Below are positions 50,123 to 62,421 of a DNA stretch of 64,000 bases, in pieces. The translations under genes were made by a program, and so were the position numbers. The notes under the pieces are model-generated. The model was not told the DNA's origin. It saw nothing but the letters and a program-made list of their open reading frames with translations, and made no database searches. The stretch's first letter is position 1, and each line of letters begins with the position of its first letter. Source of the stretch: Botryllus schlosseri (Eukaryota); NCBI GenBank assembly GCA_051294905.1, contig CM119371.1, positions 24,554,001 to 24,618,000 on the forward strand. Reading direction: 5' to 3'.

Positions 50123-53100
50123 CTTAATACAGATACTGCGAGCTGCTGTTACGAGAAACGGCTAAGCACGGCTCGGTTATGATATATATCAGCAGCTGTT
50201 TATTTGTAATGCTTCGTTGTGGTAACTGCAATGTGTTATTCGACGAGTACAAAATTCCGAAATTTTGTCAGGTGTACGACTGTACGTGCCTACGTAGGCC
50301 TACTGCTCGCCGAGCAGCAACGTTGAAACTGCGTTTAACTAAGCACGATCAAACATCAATACATAAGTTACTATTTGAAACTATAGGCAGAGTGGTGATC
50401 AATATCCTGCTGCGAGGTAGGGGCTTCTGTAGTGTATTGATAACCTGATATACACCACGGGGGGTGTTCATACAATCACAATACAATGTCCATCGCATGT
50501 CTGTTTACTATGTGTGGATACTTCTTACGCAATGACGAGCGGAGCTAATACTTCTGACGTAATAATGAGTATAGTTGCGTTTGAAAATCAGACGTTTGTG
50601 CTATCGCTAACGTGATATATTATCTCATTCTTGTTCACGAATATTCAGTTTATGTCATAGTCCTTGTACAAACAAAAAGTAATCGTTCTTTAACAAAGAA
50701 ATCGATTAAATATGGGAAGTAGTCGATTACGATTACGATTACTTCGGATTTTTTTCGAATGTAATCGATTGCGATTACGATTACTTCAAAACGCTGTAAT
50801 CGTCGTAATCGATTACGATTACTAATCGCGATTACCCCATGTCTGATTGCAGGTATAGTTTACCTGAAAACCGAATACTCTGAAATAGAAGTAGCTGCAG
50901 TGTAAATAGTTAATCACTTGATTAAGTTTAGTGCAAGCAGATAAAACCTATACTTGAGCAGTACAAAATGCACGAGTACTTCGCTATCGCCTCCCTCCAC
51001 GTAATAAGTGACTACGGTTTAAGACTGCTTTTACCGATACTCGTCGGTTTCAGTTTTAGATAGAATTCGGAAACCACATAATTTCATAAACATAAGCTAA
51101 TTTAATGAATTTACTCGAATGTACTATGCCGCGCTGATAAGATTAATTATAATATACTTATCATGTTACAGCGATTTTTCTAGCGTGGAAAATCTTTAAA
51201 ATGTAGTAAGCAGGCCAAATGAAGATATTCGTTGAGCTGAATAAACATAAAAAATACTCTAGACTACTTTATCGATACTTTACAGTTTCAGTTTTAGATA
51301 AATTTGTCCCTTTCACCTATAATTACAACTTCTCGCTATCTAAACATGTTTAGAATATATTATTTGCGATGATACGAACCCGTGAAGTACTCAAGTAGCT
51401 TTTCGTAGGATATAGATGAAACTGACAACACTCACCAAGACCGCTGGTCCACTGAAAAAAGTACATTGTAACAGTAAAGTCCTACTAAAGTACAAGAAGT
51501 AATGATTTCCCAGTTAGTTGAAAAGTAAGTATTGAGGTATAGTTTGCTCGAAAAAACGAAAAACTCTGAAATAGAAGTAGATGCAGTGTAAATAGGTAAT
51601 CACTTCATTAAGTATAGCGCAAGCAGGCCAAACCTATACTTGAGTACTGCAAAATGTACAAGTACTTCGCTATGTTCTCCCTCCACGTAAAAAGTGACTA
51701 GGTTTTAGACTACTTTATCGGTACTCGACAGTTTCAGTTTTAGATAAAATTTGGTAAGACTTTAAATTTTAAAGTAGTTTGAGCTTACGTTTGTATCACC
51801 TTGACAAGTAACATTATCAGACATGAAAATGATACTATCACCTAATATAGAAGTTAACACGCGTCAATGTGCTTCGGAATTCACGAGAAATTGCTAACTA
51901 AGAGAAGTATATTCTTGTATACACAATAGTGGAGAGAATCTTTAAAATGTAGTGAGCAGGCCGATGGGTATTCGTTCAGTTGTATAGGCATAAAAAACAT
52001 TCCCGCGCGCGCGCCTTAGTATTAGGTGGTAGGGTTAGGAAGTATTTTGTTTAAGAGCGCGCGGGAATGTTTTTTATGCCTATACAACTAAACGAATACC
52101 CATCGGCCTGCTCACTACATTTTAAAGATTCTCTCCACTATTGTGTATACAAGAATATACTTCTCTTAGTAAGCAATTTCTCGTGAATTCCGAAGCACAT
52201 TGACGCGTGTTAACTTCTATATTAGGTGATAGTATCATTTTCATGTCTGATAATGTTACTTGTCAAGGTGATACAAACGTAAGCTCAAACTACTTTAAAA
52301 TTTAAAGTCTTACCAAATTTTATCTAAAACTGAAACTGTCGAGTACCGATAAAGTAGTCTAAAACCTAGTCACTTTTTACGTGGAGGGAGAACATAGCGA
52401 AGTACTTGTACATTTTGCAGTACTCAAGTATAGGTTTGGCCTGCTTGCGCTATACTTAATGAAGTGATTACCTATTTACACTGCATCTACTTCTATTTCA
52501 GAGTTTTTCGTTTTTTCGAGCAAACTATACCTCAATACTTACTTTTCAACTAACTGGGAAATCATTACTTCTTGTACTTTAGTAGGACTTTACTGTTACA
52601 ATGTACTTTTTTCAGTGGACCAGCGGTCTTGGTGAGTGTTGTCAGTTTCATCTATATCCTACGAAAAGCTACTTGAGTACTTCACGGGTTCGTATCATCG
52701 CAAATAATATATTCTAAACATGTTTAGATAGCGAGAAGTTGTAATTATAGGTGAAAGGGACAAATTTATCTAAAACTGAAACTGTAAAGTATCGATAAAG
52801 TAGTCTAGAGCAGTGCTTTTCAACCTTTTTGAGCTTCATTCGCACTTTTTTTGTAAAATAAATTTCATTCGCACAAACTTACCGAATATTGAAAAACCAC
52901 CATTTATTTGCTCAGATGTGCAACAAATTGGCTACTATGTATCTTAAGCTATCAAGTGTCCCATTAAAAAGGCTACTATTTTTGCTCGTTTTGATTTCAA
53001 CTATTTCACTAAAACCCTTCTATACTAGTGCTTGGATGGCCAGGTCTCAAAGCAGGGGTCACCAACACAGCCGCGGGCCGCATGAGGCCTGTGAGGTCAT

Positions 53101-53928
53101 ATTTTGCGGCCCGTGATAAGATTTCAGAAGAACACCCGGTACTGAAATCTATTTCAGTTTGAAAATATTTTTGACGTTGTTCAAAATATGCTATTCTCCT
53201 GTGCCGAACACCACTATATTCTTCGCCAGCTGATACGGCCTTGGTGATGGTATAATAACATTCCATGGAGGAACAATTAGCTGATATAAATGGGCAATTA
53301 GCATATTGCCTTGGCGCACAATTGTTGTGACACCGTCAAGACCGAAACAATTAGAAAACGACTCAGGGCCTCGCCACAATAGCAATCTTCACGGGAAGAT
53401 AGTTTACCAGCCAACACCGTGTCTAGCTAACACCAATATCGATTTGTGGTTGAAAATGTGGTCAGCGGTATCGTGCACAGATCATAGTTCAAAATCGAAT
53501 GAAAGTGATGATCAAGATATTTTTGTTGCTTTTGTATTAGTTATAAAATATGTTTTTCGATATCCCATTTACTGTCTCGCGAGTATGTGGGAAGAGCAAA
53601 TATACTCATGATACTGTGTGTTTTGCTCTTTAGCTCAATCTAAGTTGATAATTTCATGAGAGTTTACTAACGTTAAAGCAGCTTTTTAGACTACCACCAA
53701 AATCTGAGATTTTGTGGCATCCCGCGACCCGAGCCTCACCCAAGAATAGGAATTCATTTTTTATAATAATAGTAGTATGCTATGATTTTATGGGCATGCA
53801 TAACACACAGAACGCGCACACCACATTTCTATCCAACACAGCTCTACAGGTCTGACACACGCGATTTCAAATTGGGGTGAATTAAATTCATTTTCGTGTC
53901 GCAGTTGTAGGCCTACTACTGTCTATAC

Positions 53929-54279
53929 CAGTGGTTTCCAACCTTTTTCGACCCATCGCCCTCTTTTCAAGCTCAACACCGATCATCGCCCCCCAAATTT
54001 TGTGTACCGAAAATTGGGCATACAAACTGTAATCACCGGCGGGTTGACTAAAAAAAGGACAACTTTACGGCTCACAGCCTTAATTTGACACTTTTGTAAC
54101 TAAATTTCCGTGGGTTGACTAAAAAATAATAATAAAAACAAGGTCAGCTGATTTGACGCGTCATCGCCCCCCTATCGCCGCCCCCGTCGCCCCCTTTGTC
54201 CATTTTCGCCCTCCTATCGCCTCCTTCGTCAATTGCGCCCCCCCCTAGGACGCCAAATCGCCCACGTTGGGAACCACTG
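53929..54279. mobile_element. Nested hAT MITE with ATCGCCC repeats
   Basis: CAGTGGTTTCCAAC / GTTGGGAACCACTG; TSD GTCTATAC. Confidence 0.9.
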
Positions 54280-55091
54280 GTCTATACACAGATTGCAAGT
54301 ACGGGACTATGCCGTGCCGACAATGGAGCATAGCCATTTCGAATGGTTTGTCCATCCAGTATCGGTCAGTTTTGGCCAAGGTTTTGTTGACGCTTATTCT
54401 ATGGCACCGCATTTTATCCGCCGTTTGTTAGCCAAAACTTTCCGTCTTCATGTGGCTGGACAGTAGGACACAGAAGGGGTTGGCCTCAAAATGAATGAGT
54501 ATCATAGACCTGAAGTCGCTCGTTGCACATACCTAGTCCATAAAGTAGTTCATGCCAACGGTTTTCGGCCATGTTTTCCAGAAAAAACAATCGGACAAAT
54601 CTTATCACGAATTCTCATGATAAAGACATATTTTCCGCGTGTCTCGCTTATTCGTTCCAGTACCCAACACCGTGACCTTAGATTTGTAAACACGAGCGCA
54701 GAATTTTGCCATAAATTGAACAAATATTACATACATATTAACAGACACGACAGTTCTGTTACCGTGTCGACCCAAAATTATACAGTTTGCGGTTTATACT
54801 TTAAAACCCTTGAAAGGTATAATTTGCGTTACAGTAACTTGCATATGGGAGTCTGAAATGATGGTATTTACTACTATCCTTGTGCCTCGCACTAATCGAA
54901 TAGTTATTACGGAAGTATGATGATCATTTAGCGAAAGTAAGCAGAAAGTCAATTTAACGTCATTTCCCAGCCTATTGCATGCTCAGACGGGCTGATATAC
55001 TGTATGTCTGCCACTACACCAGCTTCCAAACCAGACTTTTGGTTACATAATAATTATAGTGCGAAAATATTAATTGACTACGGCTTGTGAG

Positions 55092-56604
55092 CAATGTTCC
55101 CTCTAATTTTTCAAGAGTCTGCGCATACACGCCAACTCACTGCGCAGGCCCTCGGACAACAGTGCGCAACCGCCATCCAATAGGGTGATAAAACTAACTA
55201 TAGTGGGGGGCTTCGCCCCCAGACCCCCCTACGGCTAATAGGCTTCTTCCAGTACATATCATGTACATAGGGTGCCCATTTAGTAGTAGCGTCACTAAAC
55301 GCGCGAAGCGCGAAAAATTTCTATAATTCATGATTGCACCGGCCAATATGATCGGGAATTGCATATATATTGCTATCAATTTTTATCCTCTCCCTGCTCA
55401 CATAATCAGATTTACCGGTAGAGCTGATCCAGTGAGGTGTGTTGGAATAGATAGGCCCTGTAAATAATAATAATACATCTTCGGGCGTACCCGTTCATAT
55501 AATGACTTCGTTACGTAATGCTATTTCGTGACCCCCTATCTGCTATGTCAAAAGATATTGAAATCGCCAAAACGTACTAAAGTAAAAGACGTATACGATT
55601 TCAAATTGGTATTTCTTAACTGGAAAATAATGTTCCCTCGATATGGCATTTGTCTTGTTGTGGGACACGGATCGCAAGGACAGGAAAATTCGGCGCCAGC
55701 CATTTAGGCGCCCATGGACATGGACAATTACACATATATTTGTAGATATCGAAGTTTTCGGTCAGCACGGGGGCAGTCTTTTTCGCCCAAGGTGTTCTCG
55801 CTGCTGATCGTTCTGGCGCACTTATTGGATTCGCATGTTACGTAGCCTTTAACTTCATATGTCTTGCCGCGTCATGGTGCGGTAATGGCCGACGACCAAC
55901 TGCCCATTTCTATAAATCATGCCTAATTTTTGTTCGGAAAGGGTACCAAATAATCAGATATCTTACAGCAATAAACCGCGCGTAGCGTGAAAATCCTGAA
56001 AAATTTCAAAAAATACACCATGATTTATGTTAATCCTCGAAATAATTTTGGACCCCTTTCGAGCTCGGCCCCTCCAATTGGGGGGTTTGGGTGCGAAAGT
56101 TACGGTTCTGAGTAAATCTTACGCAATGTTCATGCCACGCGAAGAAGACTATCATTCGTTAGTTTCTCGTAGATTAGCTTCGAGCTAGCCCATTGCTATT
56201 TATAACTTTGGTAAACCATGTTATTTCGCCATTCCCAGAAAATAATGCGCTATTGAAATGATATCAGTATCGCTCACGTGTACGAGGCCATACTAAAAAA
56301 ATATCTTCCGTGAGGCGCAGGTGATTGTGAACTCTAATTTCTTCACGGAGCGCAATAGTTACCTTTGCGGGGTGCACCTGTACCTCGGTTTCAGACTTCC
56401 GTGATAACACTATTTGGGCCTGGCAATGTTCCATCTCAATTTTCACGAATCTGCGCGCCTGCGTGGTCCATTGGACAACAATGCGCAACAACTTTAAAAA
56501 AAAACATCACTTCTGATTTTTTGTGCGCAGCGTAGATTGTCTGTGCGCAGAGACCCTTTCAGCACTGCGCATTTGCGCACGTACGCAGCTTAGAGGGAAC
56601 ATTG
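55092..56604. mobile_element. Nested hAT element with TGCGCA repeats
   Basis: TIR CAATGTTCCCTCTAA; TSD CTTGTGAG. Confidence 0.92.
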
Positions 56605-58933
56605 CTTGTGAGAGCTACGACTAGTGGTGCGTCGTAAGTTCAACAAGATTTTACAATTGCGTCGCAACAACAAAAGTTACACTGCCCTTGAGTTTCCTAT
56701 TAGGTTTATTTGAATTATTCCAGGTCAGAAAAATTAACAATTATTATTCACTATTTTCATTCGCACCTATCCGGGATTTTCATTCGCACCGTTCGCACAA
56801 CCTTCGTCATTCGCACTCATCCGGGATTTTCATTCGCACCGTTCGCACCATGTTCGTCATTCGCACTGCAATTTTTTTCATTCGCACAAGTGCGAACCGT
56901 CACACAGGTTGAAAAGCACTGGTCTAGAGTATTTTTTATGTTTATTCAGCTCAACGAATATCTTCATTTGGCCTGCTTACTACATTTTAAAGATTTTCCA
57001 CGCTAGAAAAATCGCTGTAACATGATAAGTATATTATAATTAATCTTATCAGCGCGGCATAGTACATTCGAGTAAATTCATTAAATTAGCTTATGTTTAT
57101 GAAATTATGTGGTTTCCGAATTCTATCTAAAACTGAAACCGACGAGTATCGGTAAAAGCAGTCTTAAACCGTAGTCACTTATTACGTGGAGGGAGGCGAT
57201 AGCGAAGTACTCGTGCATTTTGTACTGCTCAAGTATAGGTTTATCTGCTTGCACTAAACTTAATCAAGTGATTAACTATTTACACTGCAGCTACTTCTAT
57301 TTCAGAGTATTCGGTTTTCAGGTAAACTATACCTGCAATACTTACTTTTTAACTCAGTCGGAAATCATCACGTCTTGTACTTTACTAGAAATTTACTGCT
57401 ACTAAATGTTGAAACGTACTGTTTTCAGCGGTCTTGATGAGTGGTGCTAGTTTCATCTATATCCAACGACGCATTTTCGCGCTGCAGAATGACTTATCGC
57501 AATAAAAATAACAAAAATACTTCGAGAATTTGCGAACTCTCACTGCGCAATATTTGAGTTTTATGAAGTAACCGTCAAAGTGAGCCTACATCTTGGATGT
57601 TATCCAAAACCACATACATTTTCGCTTCGAACGAGGTACCCTTTAAAATAAGGTAGAAGTAGTCATTTCCGAGTAAGTAAAACGTTAGTACTCTAGGTCT
57701 ATTACTGTTTAATACTCTAGCTATCATGAAGTTGATGTACTCCAATATCATAAGGACTTGAGACTATGTGGTGCATGTAGGCAAAAAACCTACTTGAGTA
57801 TTCTCAAGAAGTACGAGTACTTCTATACTTAACAACTCTGAAAGTTAGCGCAGTTTGTTTGTATGCAATCGAAATTTGCGTGCTTCTCACTTACCTTATG
57901 TTAATAGTGTTCCTTTTCTATCTACTTTACAAGATTCAGTGTTGAAGTTCAGTGAAAGTGTAAGAGTTTAGCAGAAGCAGTTTTTGATAATAGCACTTAT
58001 CAAGGTGATTCAAACGTAACCTCAAACTACTTTGAAATATAAAGTCCTAAAAGTAGGTAGTTTCTCATGAAAAAGCGGTAAGTAGAAGTGTAAATATCCT
58101 ACAAACATAACCACCTATATCAGTTACTTTTCAACCCTAATTGTACTTGTATTCCAGCAAAATTACGAATCGTTGAGTGTCGAGCGATAGCCTCTATCAT
58201 ACTTGCGGAAAATAGGGATTTGGTACACGAGTATCAGATTAAACGAGGTGAGTAAACTTAAGAGGTTATTAGTGATTCTGCTGGAGTTTATATGAAGGCA
58301 AGTCCTGATAAAACCTAAACTTGAGAGGTTATTAGTGATTCTGCAGGAGTTTATATGAAGGGAAGTCCTGATAAAACCTTGATTATTTCAGAAAAGAATA
58401 GAGGGCTTCTTTCGATATTTTTATAGTCTCCGTCGTACTGTCGGATGTCATGAAATTGTATACATCCCATCTAGTACTACGGAAAATGTCAAGGCTGGTA
58501 CTCAATGGTTCTGTTAGTAATTATATGGAATGTGTGGGAATCGAATTGGAGCGTAAACTATGCTCCTATGGCATAGAGCCCTACGAAATGAGTCTACATA
58601 CCCCGTAAAATTCCACTCCAAGCGCTGCGGCTTAGCTCAAGCGAAGAAGTATTTCGTACCTTAGGTGTCAAATCATCTTTTTTATGATAAATAAGCATAG
58701 GGAGAATTAATCAGAAAATTTTGTAGAGTACCGTAGGCATCGATACATTGAGTGAAATGGGCTTCCTTATCTTAAATTGAAACGGACAGAATAAATCGAA
58801 ACAATTTGCAGAGTCCCGTAGGCTTCAAGACATAGCCCAGCCTGAGATTGCAGCCTAATAACGAGGGCATCAAGTGGAATGTTATAGGAAGCAAGACGAA
58901 TCATTGTAAAAGTGTTGAAACTTAATTACATCT

Positions 58934-60483
58934 GTAATTCCATCACTAAAGTTGATCACGCATAGGTACGTGCTACGCTCCCGCAAACAGATTCACGCGA
59001 AGTTGGTATAGAACTGCGTTAGTTTTAAAGGTGTTTCATCATGAAATGTGTGATGAAATTTGATATGTTCCATTGTCATAATGTCTTACACCCGTGAACC
59101 AATCTTCAAGTTGCGCATTCAATGTTTAGCTCGGTAATTCCGTTATTAAAGTTGAGTATGCATAGGTACGTGCTACGCTCCTGCGAAAGTCGGTATGGAA
59201 CTGCGTTAGTTTTAAAGTTGTTCAATCATGAAATGCGTAACAAAATTTGACATGGTGCATTGTCATAATGTCTTACAACTGCGTAGCGAGTTTCAAGGTG
59301 GGGAGTCGATTATTAACATGGTAATTCCGTTATTAAAGTTCACTATGTATAGGTACGTGCTACGCTACGGAAAAACAGATTTAGCCAAAAGTCTGTATAG
59401 AACTGCGTTGGTTTTAAAGGTGTTACATCATGAAATATCTGACGAAATTTGGTATGGTCCATTGTTATTATGTCCTACAACTGCGTACCAACGTTCAAGG
59501 TGAGAATTTAATGTTTAGCATGCTAATTCTGTTATTAAAATTGACTGTGTATGGGTATATGCTATGTTCACGAAAAATAGATATGCGTAAAAGTCGGTAT
59601 TCGACTGCGATAGTTTCAAAGGTGTTCCATCATTAGATGTATGATGAAATTTAGCATGGTGCATTACCATAATGTCCTACAACTACGTATCAAGTTTAGA
59701 GTTGGGATTCAATGTTAAGCATGGTAATTCCGTTATTATAGTTGGCTATGTATGGGTACGTGCTATACGCTCCCGCAAAACAGATGTACGCAAAAAGTCG
59801 ATGTAGAGCCGCGTTCGTTTTAAAGTTGTTCCATCATGAAATGTGTGATGGGATGTGGTATGGTGGATTTGGATTTGGTATGTCCTATAACCGCGTACCA
59901 GCTATAAAGGTAGGAATTCAATGTTTAACACAGTAAATCTGTTATTAAAATTGACTATGTATAGGTATATGCTATGTTCACGCAAAACAGATATGCGTAA
60001 AAGTCGGTAATCGACTGCGTTAGTTTTAAAGGTGTTCCATCATTAGATGTGTGATTAAATTTAGCATGGTGCATTGCCATAATGTCCTACATCTACGTAT
60101 CAAGTTTAGAGTTGGGATTCAATGTTAAGCATGGTAATTCCGTTATTAAAGTTGACTATGTATAGGTACGTGCTATACGCTCCCGCAAAACAGATGTACG
60201 CAAAAAGTCGATGTAGAGCTGCGTTAGTTTTAAAGTTGCTTCATTATGAAATGCGCGAGGAAATTTGGTATGCTGCATAATCACAATGTCCTACAACTAC
60301 GTACCAAGTTTCAACGTGAGGAGTCACATATTACCATGGTAATTCTGTTATTAAAGCAGACTATGTATGTGCAGACGCTACCGAAAACAGATTTAGGCAA
60401 AAGTTGCTATAGAACTGCGTTAGTTTTAAAGTTGTTCCATCATGAAATGTGTGATGAAATTTGATATGGTGCATAATCACAAT
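58934..60483. repeat. Mirror copy of the ~200-bp array
   Basis: Reverse complement of 44651-46200. Confidence 0.9.
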
Positions 60484-62421
60484 GCCCCGGAGCTCATTTA
60501 GATACGTTTTTAATGTAGTTACACATTCTAGTTGTTTTGATGCAAGGAAAAAATCATTCGATAACTCGATACTACTAGTTAACACGCGTTGATGTAGCTT
60601 TCCTCATTTGTATGCATAGTCTACGCGAAATTGGTTACCTAATTTTTCTTATATATTAATATTCCGTATTTTATTTAAAACTGAAACTGTTAAGTACTAC
60701 TTAAAGTGTTATAAAATGTGAAAAAGTGTACAAGTAGAATTATTATTATGTCATGAATAAGTAGTTTACGAATTCATACGATTTTTCTTGTTGCGTTCCG
60801 GGATAAAATGTAATTTTACGCTCTTTTTATGTTTTATTGTTTCAATAAAATTAGTATTCATTTTACAAAAAACGTCGTGTAAAGGTAAAGTACTTGCACA
60901 TTTCGTAGTGCTCAAGTATAAGTTTTTAAACTATTACCTTGATAAAATTTTCAGAATAGAGACTTTTGCGTAAAGTCTGACTTGCATTTAGTTGCCAGCC
61001 CCGAAAGCAAGCAAAGTTTGTGGTATTTGCGCAACATCGAAAATCGATAAAGTAGTCTAAAACCTACTCAATTTGTACGTGGAGGGAGTAGACATAGCGA
61101 AGTACTTGTACATTTTGGAGTACTCAAGTATACGTTTGGCCTGCTCTCGCTATACTTAATAAATCATTCCTGTGTCATAAACACTTGAGTAGTTGGTGTG
61201 TGTAGACAAAAACCTACTTGAGTACATAATTTTTATTTTTCGATAAAATTAGTATTCATTTTACAAAAACGTCGTGCAAAGGTAAAGTACTTGTACATTT
61301 CGGAGTACTCAACTATAGGTTTTGTCAGCTTATTATATGCTCAGTATATTATATGTCAAGAATTGTGGAGCATTTATGTGGGTCTCCAGGGTGCTCTTCA
61401 TTGAGTGTCCGTGTTGGGCGATAAGTTTAATTCGCAAAATTAGTGTGTTCAAATCAGGCCTGTCGCCAACATAGTGATGACGCATTAGCTCTAAATACAC
61501 ATAATAGAATATCAAGGAAAAGTATCATCATTGCGAAATTGGTTACCGAATTTTTCTATTAGTATATTTTCCGTATTTTATTTAAGTAATACTAAAATTG
61601 TTACAAAATATGAAAAAGTATACAAGTAGAATTATTATGTCGTGAATAAGTAGTTTACAAATTCATACGATTTATCTTGTTGCGTTCCGGGATAAAATGT
61701 AATTTTTCGCCCTTATTTATTTTTTATTTTTTCAATAAAATTAGTATTCATTTTACAAAACACGTCCTGTAAAGGTAAAGTACTTGTACATTCCGTAGTG
61801 CTCAAGTAAAACTTTTTAAAGTATTAACTTGATAAAATTTTCAGAATAGAGACTTTTGCGTAAAGTATGTCTTGCATTTAGTTGCCAGCTCTGAAAGCAA
61901 GCAAAGTTTGTGGTATTTGCGCAACATCGAAGATCGATAAAGTAGTCTAAAACCTAGTCACTTTTTACGTGGAGGGAGTACATAGCGAAGTACTTGTACA
62001 TTTTGGAGGACTCAAGTATAGGTTTGGCCTGCTTGCGCTATACTTAATGAATCATTCCTGTGTCATAAACACTTGAGTAGTTGGTGCGTGTAGACAAAAA
62101 CCTACTTGAGTACATAATTTTTATTTTTCAATAAAATTAGTATTCATTTTACAAAAACGTCGTGTAAAGGTTAAGTACTTGTACATTTCGGAGTACTCAA
62201 GTATAGGTTTTGTCAGCTTATTATATGCTCATTATAATATATGTCAAGAATTGTGGAGCATTTATGTATGTCTCCAGGGTGCTCTTCATTGAGTGTCCGT
62301 GTTGGGCGATAACTTTAATTCGCAAAATTAGTGTGTTCAAATCAGGCCTGTCGCCACATAGTGATGTCGAATTAGCCCTAAATACACAAAATAGAATATC
62401 AAGGAAAAGTATCATCTAACG

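Larger units (their letters stand above)
47803..50845. mobile_element. (GATTAC)n hAT family, copy B, in the left arm
   Basis: TIR CAGACATGGGG; TSD ATTGCAGG; empty site in right arm 57332-57339. Confidence 0.95.
42713..52010. repeat. Left arm of giant palindrome (excluding insert 47803-50845)
   Basis: Reverse complement of 52057-62421; mirrored ORFs e.g. 45631..45906(-) and 59228..59503(+). Confidence 0.97.
52811..56921. mobile_element. Composite Buster/Charlie-type non-autonomous hAT in the right arm
   Basis: TIR CAGTGCTTTTCAACC; TSD GTCTAGAG; CATTCGCAC repeats; empty site in left arm 51257-51264. Confidence 0.95.
52057..62421. repeat. Right arm of giant palindrome (excluding insert 52811-56921)
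   Basis: Paired coordinates sum to 104067, then ~108186, then 105134 across segments. Confidence 0.97.

Noticed and set aside
52011..52056. True interstitial telomere array
   Set aside because: Only 2-3 degenerate units; kept as a hypothesis under findings.
42713..62421. Simple read fold-back or amplification chimera
   Set aside because: Arms differ by SNPs and independent TSD-flanked insertions; an allelic mis-join is still not excluded.
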